The notes: a model not told the origin generated them from the sequence alone. A DNA stretch of 64,000 nucleotides from Monosiga brevicollis MX1 (GCF_000002865.3 NW_001865061.1:100597-164596), one strand, 5' to 3'; shown: positions 35,972 through 49,202, counted from the first letter of the stretch. Translations and numbers: made by a program.

Positions 35972-36699
35972 GGTGCTGGTCGCTTCACCAGCCAGGCTGG
36001 TGCCGCGGGGGACGGGATGTGATCAAATACGCCAATGAAACAAAGTTTGGATGAATAAACTGGGTGTGTCTTTGGAACGGTAAGGAAGCGTGGATGCGGA
36101 TGCGGAGGCGCGGGGGGCACGCCAGAGTGCCGAGTAGCCTTGAGACAAGGCTAAGACAATTGCAGAGTTGGGTGGAGTCGTTCGTTCGTTCGTTCGTTCG
36201 TTCTGGGCAAGGTTTAAGATTGAGATGAGACACGAGCGTCAACGCGCGAGCAGCAGCGCTGTGGAAATGGCCAGTATCGCTTCTCAACCATTTGCTGTCC
36301 TCACAGAACGCGGCTGTCAGCAAGGCCTCTTCGCCTTTGAGCGCTGACCGTTTTTCTTCTGTTCTCCAGCCAACACCAGCGCAACGGTGGGGCGGGGGTC
36401 AGACAGCAGTTGAGGCAAATGTGTGTGTGTGTGTCTGTGTCTGTGTGTGTGTTACGCGCGCACCCAGCAAGGCATCATCAGGCAACTGGATGCATGCAAG
36501 CAGTGATGTGCGCCTGTGCATCTCGGGCCAACCCTTTGAATTGCTGGGCAACGCGCCCCAAGGCCCACTCAGCTCACGGACATCCTATCCATCATCAATC
36601 TACCATCCATCAGAACCGATTCGAGGCGTTGAGGTGGCTGTCCGCTGAACCAAGAAGAGTTGACCCGCCGCCCCCCGATGCCATTGACCCGCACGCACA

Positions 36700-36753
<54 letters not shown>

Positions 36754-37064
36754 CGCCAGTGTATTGAAGCTCGCGTCGTTTGTGCAGATATATTTTCAGT
36801 TTATGTAGAAATCAATGTCTATCCTTATACACTTTTCGTTGCAAATAGGATGGTTATGTGACTCATGATTAAACGTAGAATACTGTATAGCTTTTACTGT
36901 TTTGTTAATGTGTAACATATTAGTTTGAGTAGATTATTGAATAGTTAAATACGATATATTTCATCTGACAATTCGAGTTTGTTGATGATTTTTTCTCCCG
37001 ATCGCACACACACACACACACACACGGACGGACGGACGGACGCCGGCGGTACCAACCAGTGGAC

Positions 37065-38479
37065 ATGATGGGGCAGGGTGGGCTGCGCGCTTTGGCGGCG
37101 GTGGTGGCGGTGGTGGGCTTTGGACTGGGGTCTTGTGCAACGGCAAGCAATGCGCTCAACTTGACGCTGCTCACGGACGGGGTTGATGAGCTTGGCGCTC
37201 GCTGTTTGGATGGCTCGCCAGGTGAGCATCCGCCCTTGATGCGATGGCTCATGCATGGCTGCCCTGGTGATTGATGAGCCTGGTCCAGTCTGAGGTGGGG
37301 GAGGTGTTTTGATCTGCTGAGTCGCTCACCTTGGCCTGCTCCCTCAGGTGGATACTATTGGCGGGCGGGATCGGCGGCCAACGCGACGAAATTTCTGCTC
37401 GTGTTCAACGGGGGCGGCTGGTGCTACAGCTTGGAAGACTGTGCGGCTCGGGCCAAGACCAACTTGGGCACCAGCACCCTTTTCGAGACCACGATTCAAG
37501 GAGACGGCATTACCAAGAATGATCCCGGCTTCAATCCGGATTTTTCATCGTGGAACGTGGCCTATCTCTACTATTGCGATGGCACGTCCTATGGCGGCAA
37601 TCACTCCGAGCCCGTGCAGGTGGGGGACCAGACGCTCTTCTTCCGCGGCCTGCGCATTCTTGAAGCCTTTCTCGATCATTTGCAACGGCATCGCGGGCTG
37701 GACAGCGCCACTGAAGTGTTTTTGAGCGGTCACAGCGCCGGAGGCTTGGGCACGTACATGCATGCCGACTACGTGGGATCGCGTGTACCCGCGGGAGCAC
37801 TTTTTGGCGCCATCCCCGATGCGGGTTTCTTCATGATGAACAACACGGTCGGGGGCCGCGACCTGTACCCGGCCCAGATCCAAAACATTTCGCGGCTTGC
37901 CAGCGTCGTGGGAGACGCTGATTGCATGGCGGCCAACGCTGCCGAAGCCTGGCGATGCATGGCCACACAGCACGCGCTCCCGTTTGTTTCCACGCGCCTT
38001 CACATGATTCAGTCAAGCTACGACTCCTGGCAGCTTTCAAACATCTTTGATGTCAGCTGCACCCCCAAGTACAGCAACAACACGTGCTCTGCCAACCAGA
38101 TGGATCAATTCCAGGTCGGTCCCGAGCCCCACCCAAGGCCCTCACCTTTTTTTTTTTTTTTTTGCTTCTGTTCACGGCCTGTGCCGGCTTGTCTCATAAT
38201 GCCCCCGGCCACCACCTGTAGGCCGTGCACACCACCATCTTGGGACAGATTCGTGCGACCAATAGCACCCGTCATGCGGTGTGGAGTGATTCCTGCATTG
38301 CTCACAGTCAGGCGTATTATGGCGACTACTTTAACAACCCGAGTTGGCAGGTGGGTGGGCGAACGCTACAGGCCAGCATTGGTGACTTTTACCGCGCCCT
38401 CAAGGCCGGTACCACCGATCTCAGCCACCTGCAACGCATTGATGTGGCTGAGTGGCCAGCCAACAAGGCATGTGCCTGA
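37065..38479 (+). CDS. Secreted pectin-acetylesterase/Notum family hydrolase (3 exons)
   Basis: Signal peptide; GARCLDGSP/GGYY, FNGGGWC, NPDFSSWNVAYLYYCDG, GHSAGG (nucleophile), SSYDSWQL, SCIAH. Confidence 0.92.
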
Positions 38480-38724
38480 TCCATCGAACTCAGCCTCCTC
38501 CGACTGTGCCAATGGCGCGTCAACTTCTTCCTTTCCCCTCCATCACTGAGACATACGCGCTGTGGTGGAGATGAACATTGGCCGGCCAGCACGGGAAACA
38601 ACTGCACGATAGGAGGTTTCCCCTCAGCCCTCTCCCAACTTTGTCTGCCCGTGCCTATTCTTTCCATTGACGTGTCCCGCATCAAAATTACAATGTTACA
38701 TAACCCCAGAACTTCAAACTCTCA

Positions 38725-38972
38725 TCTCTCTCCCTCTCAAGAGTTGCTCTCTCTCTCAAACTCTCTCAAACTCTCTCTCTCTCTCTTTCTCTCACTCTCT
38801 CAAACTCTCAAACTCTCTCAAACTCTCTCTCTCAAACTCTCTCTCTAACGCTCTCTCTTTGTCACACGTGTGCGTCAGCCATTTTCCTCTCTCTCTCATT
38901 CTCTCGCTCTCTCTCTCTGTCTCTGTCTCTCTCTCTCTGTCTCTGTCTCTCTGTCTCTGTCTTCTCTCTCTG
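38725..38972. repeat. (CTCTCAAA)/(CT)/(CTCTGT) repeats upstream of SBDS
   Basis: Seen directly. Confidence 0.85.
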
Positions 38973-38986
38973 TGGAAACTGGCAAG

Positions 38987-40058
38987 ATGTCGGCGCGCAT
39001 GTTCACCCCGACCAATCAGAAGCTGTTGACGAACATTGCGGTCGTGCGGCAGAAGAAGGGGGGCAAGCGGTTTGAGATTGCTTGCTTCAAGAATAAGGTC
39101 CTCTCCTGGCGCAACAAGGTGTACGTTGCTTGCGCCCATGCTGCGTGCGCGCGACTTTTGCGTGGTGCAAGTTCTTGGACGCGTGTGTGTCGGCTCCCTT
39201 GCGTGCACGCGGCGGATTGATGTGACCTCTGCTTTGATGGACTGCAGGGAGAAGGATATCGATGAGGTGCTGCAAATTCACACCGTGTACACCAACGTGT
39301 CCAAGGGTGAAGTGGCCAAGAACACCGACCTGCAAAAGGCCTATGGTACCGACGACCACACCAAGATTTGTCGCATCGTATGTCCAGCGCTTGTTCTGGT
39401 GTACTCTCGCTTGTTCGCCGTGGGCCCGCGGTATCTGTCTGGGTTTCACTCGGCCTCTTGGTGGCGGCCCTTGGGGATGTAGATTTTGGACAAAGGAGAG
39501 CTGCAAGTGTCCAAGGAGGAGCGCGATGCACAACTCGGAGCCCTGTTCAAAGAAGTGGCCACCATTGTCGCGGACAAGTGCATCGACCCTGCCACGGAGC
39601 GCCCGTACACGGCTGCACAAATTGAGCGTGCCATGCGTGACATCCACGTCTCCGTCAAGCCCACAGCCAGTGCCAAGGCCCAGGCCCTTGATGTGATCAA
39701 GAAGCTGGCCGAAACCATCTCCATTGCTCGCGCCAGCATGTCCGTCCGCGTCCGCCTCCCACAGCGTGAAGCCAAGCGCGTCAAACCCTTGGTGCTACCG
39801 CTCACCATCGCCCTTGAGCATGAAGATTGGGACGATGACCTGGAGCTGGTCCGTATCACGCACGCCGCGGTTCTTCTGACTGGCACGGTCCTGCACCTCA
39901 CATTGTCGTACCCGTCGCTCAAACGATGATAGGAGTGCACCATTGACCCAGGCACTTTTCGTGCACTGACGGAGCTCGTGGGTCATGAAACCAAGGGCCA
40001 AGGGTTGGTTGAGATTCTCAGCGTCAAAAACGTGGCCGAGGGCGACGAAGTCTTGTAG
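38987..40058 (+). CDS. SBDS: Ribosome maturation factor SBDS/Sdo1 (4 exons)
   Basis: [85 protein letters not shown]. Confidence 0.96.
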
Positions 40059-40246
40059 ATCCGGCCGCATTGCGCGTCAAGAATTGTTTGTTTGCTAATT
40101 TTGCTCTGCGCGTGTCCATTCTTACATGTACGTGTGTGTCCGCTTCCCGTGCACCCCCAACATTGAGGCCTCTCTTTCGGGCCAGCGACGCTGCGCGTCG
40201 TTGTCATTGGCTGCGTGAGACGCCACGCTTCGGGCCTTGCCAAGTT

Positions 40247-42183
40247 TCATGCTTGTCTACCAAGTTGACGCTCAAGACAATTGCATGATTTGACGCAACT
40301 CAATTTCAAAAACTTTTGATTTGCTGAGCTTGCTTGAGCGCCAGCATGCAGCTGTCCACCTTTCTCGCAGAGACTCACGGCTGACACGGCATACAGCAGG
40401 CTGCGCTGTGAACCATCGTACTCGGTACAGGTCAAATTGCTCCAGCGTCGACCACGGAAAGGCCATCAGCCTAATTTGTCCATCCAAAGCTGCCATAGAC
40501 CCCGAGCAGGATGATTTGACTGCCCACGATGCTGCCCAAGGCATAGCGCCAGGGTTGCAACGTCCACCGAGACCAAGCCGGCGCCTTGAGTGCGCGCGCC
40601 ACACTGTCTTTCTCGTTGAGCTAGAACAGTAGCAATGCAGAAGCACAGGCAACAAAGGACGCATCGTGAGGGGAAGGCGGCATGCCGAGTCGGCTGCGCC
40701 GAGCAATGACCCACCTCCTTGACAAAAGTGGAAACGGTCGTCAAACAGCCAGCAAAGCCGGTGATCAAGCCGTAGATCACGGTTGTACCGCGCTCCCAGC
40801 CGTCCTCATTCCCAAAATCGCCACGCAAAAGCACGGCTAGGAGCACGGCCACGACCAACGTGCCCAGCATATTAGCATAGAAGGTACCTAGGCGTGAGGT
40901 CGAGTTGCAAAACTGTGTTGCAAGCCACACTCGTCCTGCGACACCTGACAGCAAGAGGCGTGGAGGAGCCAGGTGAAGGCAAGGTGGTTTTTGCTGTGCA
41001 AGGGCAAAAGATGCGCCACCAACCAAAGGGGGCAAAAATGAGTGCCATGACCAGGTGATGCTCGCCGAAAGCGATGGCGAGCCCCAGTATTAAGCTACCA
41101 TCCAGCACGAGGCGGGAGCGAGCCAATGGCAAGGCGATTTCAACCAGATTAGTGGCAATGAGAAGGCCACCATGAAGAAAGCGAAGACGGTGTTACGCAC
41201 ATTACCCCACACGCGGCCGCGATGGCAGTGAGCACAGACAGGTGCTCGGGCAGCCTCTCCGGGTTTGACTGAAAAAGATCAACTGGTCAGTCCGGCTGAG
41301 GGTACACTGTAGCCCTACTGTCATGCCTTGATCCCCATGTGGATGGGGGCAAACATACCAAAAGTCTGCGACCCATGGCAAAGCCGCCAAAAGAGGCCAG
41401 CAAACCCGTAAAAATGATCACAAAGTAGCCATAGATCTAAAGGTGGAGCGGCGCACATCAATCAGAAGTGTACCGGGAGTCGACAAGGCGGCACCTTGGG
41501 CTGACCTGGTCACCGGTGGAGAGGGTGTGCTGAGCGTCGACTAGGCGTTGGGCAGCGCTGGCCATCCAAGAGGAGAAGGTGGTCAGGGAGCCACAAAAGC
41601 CCGTGCCCACACCCAGGGCCAGCTCTGAACGGGGTTTTAAAAAAAAACATGGGCGGCATCAGGGCTGGCAAGGCGTGTAGGACGACTGTCATCCCTGCTG
41701 CTGGCCGGGCGGTCCGTGTGGCGACTTACCATTGTGCACGGGACGGCCAGCAAAGAAGCGAGTGCTGGCACCAAGGATGAAGCAGCCCAGCATGAGGGGA
41801 ACGAGCGAGGCAAGGGCCGCAAACCCCGACTCGTCCGCGACCCTTTGCAACCCGAAGCGAGCTGCAGCGCCCAGCATTCCAAGCAGCGCCAACAGAGCCC
41901 ATTTCAGCTTTTGCCGAGCCTGCCAGGCCATTTCCTCGCGGTCAACCACCCGATCCTCAACCGCCGCCGGCTCATCCTCCACCTCCACCGTCCCCGATGA
42001 AGCACCGAGCACCGAGCTTGACCGCACCACCGAGCCCCTGGAAGAACCAGCCCCCTCAACCCCCTCCACTGACCCCGCCCCCAACACCCCCCTCCCCTCA
42101 TCAACCACCACAGCCACATCGCCACCCTCCCCTCCCCCCATCCCCCTCACCCCCTCCCCCGCCATGCTGACAATTGACAACAT
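40247..42183 (-). CDS. FEX: FEX fluoride exporter (two fused Fluc/CrcB domains; multi-exon, 3' end approximate)
   Basis: Domain 1: GMLGAAARFGL, LGVGTGFCGSLTTFSSW. Domain 2: FAPFG, LGTFYANMLGT, GLITGFAGCLTTVSTFVKE, LLYAVSAV. Confidence 0.85.
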
Positions 42184-42188
42184 GACAT

Positions 42189-42460
<272 letters not shown>

Positions 42461-42917
42461 TGATCTGGCTGGCTGTCTATCTGATCTGGCAGGCTGACAG
42501 GCTGGCTGACCGACTAGCTGGCTGGCTGGCTGGCTGTGTATATGTTATACATCTGGATGTGGACTGGCACTGCTGTTCTTTAATGATTCAGCTTGAAGGA
42601 GATGAAGAGGCTTGTTTGACACGCCTGTCCAAACCTTGCCTTTCTACTCGACTTGACCCCCTACCCCTCCTGCCCCCACGCACACACACACGAACACACG
42701 AGGCATACAAAATAAGCACCAGGGCAAACCACAGGCAAATGCAAAGCTCAACTTTGACAAACATGCGCGCGCGCACGCACACACACACACACCACATACA
42801 CAGACACACACACACACATGCGCAGGCGCATCGAAACGCCCAAAGCACCCCCTGCAAAGCAAGATTCAAACAAATGTGGGGATGCATCCCTTCAGGAGGT
42901 TGGCAAGTTGTCCTCAT

Positions 42918-43947
42918 CTAATCCCGTAGCTGGTCTGTGGGAACCAGTTGAAAGCGTCGCACAAAAGCATGGTAACATGCCCACAGCTTGGGTGCCGACG
43001 CCTGATATGATAGCCCGGCAGCATCGAACATCGTGAGCGGGGATCAAAAAAACATAAAATAAAATCAACGGCATGCCAGAGCTCTTCGAGGACCACACCG
43101 ACCTCGAGCACAGACGGGTGGTATGCCTTGCAATGGATAAGAATGCGGTAGAGACGCCGAGCCGTCGACGCCACGTGGGCTTGCACCGCCTTCTTTTCAA
43201 TGGAGCTCCTGCGCAGGACACAACACGTACGTTAGAACGACCACTACCGCATCGCTTGGAGCCACGGGTGCAAGCAAAACAATTCCCCCTTTGTCTGGCA
43301 GCTCAATCTCTCGGGGCAACCCACCGCATGGCAAAATGCTTTTCACTACTCAGAAGAGCCTCGGCCTGTGCCAACGAGTGCATGCAGTAGGACACTGCAT
43401 CGCACTAAACGTTCGCCCCCACCCGCATCAACATGAGTGAGCCAAACAAACTCTTTCAAAGATCACGGGCACGAATCTGGACCGACACAATAGTCACACC
43501 CGCCAAGATGCAAAAGACGAGCACCAGATCCCACCTCCTGCGGTACGGCATGACCGCCAGCACACATGAAGGTGGTCTGTTCGTCGGCGCGCATAATCGT
43601 GCAATTGTCATCTTCGCAACATTCCTACCACACGCGCCGGTATCAAGTCAAGCCAGTGCTCTTTGTGCCTGTCTGTGGGCGGCAATTGCACATGTCCAGA
43701 AGCCATACACCTGGCGGCGGGGGGAGGCGCATCGATCGGTCCAAGGCCATACCTGGCGCATGTGAACCGTCAAGATACCAAGCTGAATGGTATAGAATCG
43801 CATCCACTCGTACACCCAGCACGGTTCGTCCGCACCCTCGGGCAACTCATGCAGCGCCTCGGGCGTGGCTGCGGCAGAGGCCCAGCCCTCGACAAAAGCC
43901 TGGTAACCCTCTGCCACATCCTTGGCCAGCTGCAGTGACACATCCAT
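42918..43947 (-). CDS. MOB4: MOB4/phocein homolog (multi-exon)
   Basis: LPEGADEPCWVYEWMRFYTIQLGIL / ECCEDDNCTIMRADEQTTFMCAGGHAVPQE / CDAVSYCMHSLAQAEALLSSEKHF / VASTARRLYRILIH align in order with phocein (PPEGQDEGVWKYEHLRQF, CTQMTATEQWIFLCAAH, CPAIDYTRHTL, SVCRRIYRIFSH). Confidence 0.85.
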
Positions 43948-44152
43948 CCCAAACCGTCTCCAGCTATGCCTCAACTCCCGCTATCCAGTACGCCTCCACG
44001 ACCGCCACGACCGCGCGTCACTCTCTCTCTCTCTTTTTTTTTTTTTCTCAAAAATTTCGAAAAAAAACAAAAAAAAATAATTAAAAATAGGAAAAGAAAC
44101 TCAAAAATAGAGAGAGAACGAGCACTGGCGTCAAAATGCTGACGTTTTGGCG

Positions 44153-44187
<35 letters not shown>

Positions 44188-44188
<1 letters not shown>

Positions 44189-45176
44189 TGGCGGCGCGAT
44201 CGTCGATTCGGCGGTTGCCAGTCGAGACGGGGCAGGGGGCAGGGATCGGAGGAGGCAGGGGTGTTCGTGGGATGGATCGACGAGAATCGAGCGAGTTGCG
44301 TGATATTGAGCTGCAAGTTCGTGCGGAAGAGCTCCAGGTAACAATGATCCAATCGAGAGATGGCGCTCCGCCCCCGCATGCTCCTGTCATGATGCATATG
44401 CTCTCACACCCCTTGCCGCGCTGATTGTTGGGTACTTGACGACGTAGGTTCTCGGTGAGCTAGAGGAGGATGTGCGCCAGTTGACCGAGTGTGAACGACT
44501 CCGACACCAGCTGGCTGAGGTTCGTCAATATTATTATAATTCGACTCCAGCAGCCTGGGTGTACATGTCCGTCGCCCGCATCCACCCGAGCACTGAATCG
44601 ACGTGGTTCACGGCTTGCAGATCATGGAGCAAAGCCAGTCCGTGCTGGCTCAAATTGAGGATTACAATGCAAGGTTGCAACACCTGTTAGCCCACCCCGC
44701 GATGCGCACCGAACAGGACGTGATTGGTCGCTGTCAACGACAAGTTGCCATGGCCTCGAGCAAGCTGCACCGCATGCGTGGCCGACGTGAGGAAGTTACG
44801 AGCAAACTGGACGAAGCCGAGCAGCTGGCCGGATCCGTCCGCTCGCTGGGCACCTCCCGTGACACGACCGTTTGCCACGCCCTCAACGGGCTCGCCAATA
44901 CCAAACTCCTCTACGCGGCTGGGGAACAGCTCAAGCCCGAAGTAGGTGTCGCGCCCGTGACTTTTCCACATCCTCTATTTTGATCTTCCTTTCGCCTCCC
45001 GCTTGAACGTATCTCTTCCCATGGAACTTGCCTTGCACGACTCTTTCTGATGTGCTGCTTGGACGTCTCGCCTTCACAGATGTTTGAACAGCTGCGTGCC
45101 GTGACGCTAGCCACTCAAGACTTGAGCGTCTCTCATAGCAACGCCCGTGCGCGCATGGTAAGCCCGTGTCTTTATT

Positions 45177-45237
<61 letters not shown>

Positions 45238-45499
45238 TTACAAATAGCATCATCACCATCCCTCTACAAGCAAAGAGGTGGCCGCCTTCAAACACAACCC
45301 ACCCTAATCTCGTCACCACCACACAGCCAGCTCAACTTTCACAGGGTTGCGTGCACTCACGACTCATAAATGCCCGGACTGCATACCACAGGAACTGTGT
45401 TTGCGCGGGGCCAAGCGACTAATGGCAGATTTGGAGCCCGTCGATCTCTCTTTCGTCTCGGAACAAGTGGCACAGTTGGAAGAGCGTTTGGCCGACTGA
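44188..45499 (+). CDS. Hypothetical coiled-coil protein (multi-exon)
   Basis: ATG directly after (CA)n. Helical exons join in frame across GT-AG introns: ELRDIELQVRAEELQ/VLGELEEDVRQLTECERLRHQLAE/IMEQSQSVLAQIEDYNARLQ.../ELCLRGAKRLMADLEPVDLSFVSEQVAQLEERLAD*. Confidence 0.55.
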
Positions 45500-45759
45500 C
45501 ACGTTGAGTTGAGGCTCGACAAGCGTGAATGCTGTTATCATGTAATCGATTTGAGTTGCCCTCATGCTCTGCATCCTAACGATAAGAGACATGACCAGTG
45601 TATGTCTGACCACCACCCCTTGCTCAACATTCTCCAATTCTTTTTTCTCACCCTTTCGAGCTTTCTTCTCTTGCCTCTCTCGCTCCCCATTCCGGTTCAT
45701 TTCGACGACCGGGAGAAAACAAAAACAAACAAAAGCCTATTTGTCGACGTAGCGCAGGG

Positions 45760-47214
45760 CTACAATGGCGACAGCCGCAGTGATGACCACTCCCGAGAGT
45801 AAACCACCGAAAAAGGAGCGCGCTGCCACCTTGCGAATAGCGGAGCGGGGAATCTAGCCCATCCAATGCAGCCAGCACGACAACCTGGGATGAGGGGCGG
45901 CGCGAAGGACGACGGCGATTTACAAACTGCTGCCCCCCGCCAAATGAGACCAACCTGGCGGGTTGCGTGGGAGGTCTTGCTCTTTGGCCAACAGGTGAGC
46001 TAAAGCAGATCAAAGCAACCCATCAAAAGTGCGTCGTGGCCGATCAAGGCGGGGCAATGCCAGGGCATGGGGCATGGGCCCGGGCAAGAGAGATGACCAC
46101 ACAAGATCATGTGCCCCGTGCATTGAGGCCACCAGCGAGGAGAAGCGGCCACCAACCCAAATTTGATAGCCGTTGATGGGATCAGTGAAGATGAGGCCTT
46201 GCATGGTGTGTTTGCCCTTGAGCTTGAACGGGATGTTTCGCGCCTTGAGCAGCTTTCTGTGGACGAGAAATGGTGGCAGTGAGTAATGCCCGTGTGCGCT
46301 CTCGGGCCATAGCAACTGTGATCAAGCAGGAGAGCCAGCCGGCCGTACTGGGCATGAGCAAAGCCATGCTCGGAGACGCGAAAGGCAATGTAGGAAAGAC
46401 CGCGTGAGGAGCCCGGACAGAGGGCAACGCCACTGTTGTTGCCTGGACAGGTCATGAGCGCAGGATCGAAACCAAAATCCACTTCGCTGCTGTATTTGTG
46501 ATCACAACCCAGAATGGTCTTGTAAAAGTCAACAGTCCGGCTCACATTGGCCGTTTGGATTCCAATGTGGTCAACGCATTGGAGAAAGAGCGGCGCCATG
46601 CGCTCGCCGGCAGCAGCCGCACCGCCGGCCATGGCTTCGGTTGAAAATGGAGACGCGGCGCTGCACAAATGTGGCGGAGGCAAGATGTTAGCTGTGCCAG
46701 AGGTGCGTCCAGAGATGGGTGCACGAGCCACCCGGGACCGACGACAGCAATCGGCAGACTCGGAGGACTCGTTCCTGCCTGCGTGAACAGACACGGCGTG
46801 ACTGGCTGCGTGAGGGCTTGGGCCACCGGTGACGTTGGACAAGGCTTGCGACACGGCCGTTCGAGCCGCGCGATACCCGGCACGAAGTCGATGCAGACGC
46901 GATCGGCTTGGCGTGGCGGCCGACGCCTGCTGAAGCTGGTGCTGCTTGCGTGTCCGCGCCGCCGCGTAGGCTGCCAAAAACGATGCCGAGGGCAGCGGAT
47001 CCACGTCCCCCAAACCCGCGCCTCCTCGCTCCAAGCCAGAATCTTCCCCGCCGCGCTCAATGGTATCCGCTGCCGTTTGATCAGTTCCAAGCGAAGAAGG
47101 TGAGGAGCCACGGCCGCCGTCGCAGTCTCCGTCGTCGTCGTCGTCGAGCGCTGACGCCGACGGAGAGAGAGAGAGAGAGCGAGCGCGCAACGACGAGAGA
47201 GGCGCGGAGGCCAT
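45760..47214 (-). CDS. Glyoxalase/VOC-fold protein with a low-complexity N-terminal extension (3' end approximate)
   Basis: VDHIGIQTANVSRTVDFYKTILG, LSYIAFRV, KLLKARNIPF and LIFTDPINGYQI are typical VOC beta-alpha-beta-beta-beta elements. Confidence 0.75.
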
Positions 47215-47967
47215 TGTCTACCCGAATCACAGACACTTGTGATTTTGTGAATTGTCAGAGCGTGGAAAATTGCGGGTTGAACTATTTGAATTTATGCAGA
47301 AAAACTCGACTTGACGACACGGCCTTGGGTCGCTTTTTGTCGAAACGAAGGCCTTTTGTTGAACTGATGTCTCTCCAATGAAAGCCAGATTAATACCTTT
47401 CTCTGATTTTAGCACGTCACTGTCCTTTATAAAATCTCGCATCTGCCACGTATCTCTGGATCTCAACCCAAATCCAGTCATTCCTCTGATTTTACGCAGA
47501 ACGACGACAACCGAGAGAGAGAGCGCGCGCGCTCGCGAGTGTGTGTCTGTGTGTCTGTGTGTCTGTGTGCGCGCGCGTCGTTTGTGTGCCTGCAACTGAT
47601 CAAACGGCAGCGCATCAAGCCCTGATCAAAGCCAAGGCAAAACCGCCACGGAGCAAAGACACGCCCCTTGCTGAGCATTTGGTCCAGACACCCGTTTGTC
47701 GCCGTGATAGGAAAGCTGCAAACCTCCCAGCTGAACAGTCGATCGGGACGTCGGCGAGCAAAAGGCTCTTCAAAAGAGGCAGCTCACGCGCGCGGCGGGG
47801 GGCGGGAGTCAATGCAGCCGTCCCACGGCTGACAACCGGAACGCCCGCCCGCGTGCCCACGTCGCCTGCCCGTGCCACCAGTTTAGCCCTTGGCCACACG
47901 CTGAGACCCCTCCCCTTGTTGGTCCATTTGATTCTCCGTCGCTCTCGCTGGCCACACACCGCGCAGC

Positions 47968-49202
47968 ATGAGCAAGAAGAAAGCTGGAGGCACACGCCCC
48001 TCCTCAATGCGGGACCAGGGCGATGCTCCACCCCAGCCCGTTGACCAAACCACTTGGTGCGACCGGTGGTGACTTGAATTTCCCCGTCCCTGCCCGTCCC
48101 TGCCACAGCACTCGCGCTCACCATTGCCGGCCTCGATTTCCGGCTGGGTGCTCCTTCTCTAGGCGCTCCTTGCAAACCCAAGATACCATGCAGCAAAGCA
48201 TCTCCTCTCTCCTTGGCCTGGTGTGGCAGCGCGTGGAGCACCAGATTGATGAGCTTGTCGTCGATCGCAACGTCAAAAAACACGCCGTGGCCGAAGCCGC
48301 CAACATGATGAAGTTTGTCATTGAGGTAAAGCTTTCCTGACGCTTCTCCACCCCGCTGGTTCTTCCCCGAACGCCCCGTCCATGGAATTTTGGGCTGCAT
48401 CGCGAGCTGACACGCGAAACACACTTGACCCCGCCCTCTCGTTGAGCAGACCAACTTTGTCAACGTGGATCCCGGAGAGAGTGCAGAAGACCTCGCATCA
48501 GATAGCTGGCTCCCAGGGGCTTCCTGCCCACCCGCAGACATTGACACCTGGGCTCCTGGAAACATGACAATCATATCCCCCAGCGAGCTGGAAGACATTG
48601 AACAGACTGACCGCCGCCGCCTGATGGCCCTTCGCCAGAGTGCCCGCACAACTGCCAAGGCGCGCTTTGTGGCGCAACAGAACACGGCCCGTCCCAAATC
48701 GGGCAGCAACAGCACCCGTGTGCGCCCCGTACCCCCCGCGACCACGCGAGCCCCGGATGCCAAGGCCATCAGTCTACATCGTCGCCTCGAGACAGCCGGC
48801 ACTGCTGAAACCACCGCTAATCACACACCTGCGCCCCACCGCCCAGACCACGCCCCACAAGCACATCCGCACACACGCCCTAGTAGCAAACCTACCAGCG
48901 CCAGCAGCCAAACCCGCCAGCACTCGGCGACCTCGGCGACCTCGCGCAACGGCTCACCCCCCAGAGACGCCAAATCCCGGCGTATCAAGTCTGCCTCAAC
49001 CTCGAGGCCGTCCTCCCAAACCCTTGCGACCGCCCACCACCCCGCACCTCCAGTGGCGTTGGACAAACCCCGCACCGCGTCTGCAGGGCGTCGCCGCCCA
49101 AAGTCGGGCCGCAGCATTGGCACTCCAGAGAACCTTCCAACCAAACCCGCCTTTGCCGGCAATAAACTCGACAAACTACCTGCCATCTCCCAGTCCTCGT
49201 GA
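47968..49202 (+). CDS. C2orf81/DUF4639-like protein (3 exons, disordered basic tail)
   Basis: W/RSLQTQD..ISSLLGLVWQRV..HAVAEAANMMKFVIE/TNFVNVDPGE..DSWLPGASCPPADIDTWAPGNMTI resembles the conserved block F..RDEGE..W..EEP....D.WAQG.VP, recalled from memory only. Confidence 0.5.

Noticed and set aside
47615..48814. 399-aa minus-strand ORF
   Set aside because: It is antisense to the spliced C2orf81-like gene and shows no domain signal.
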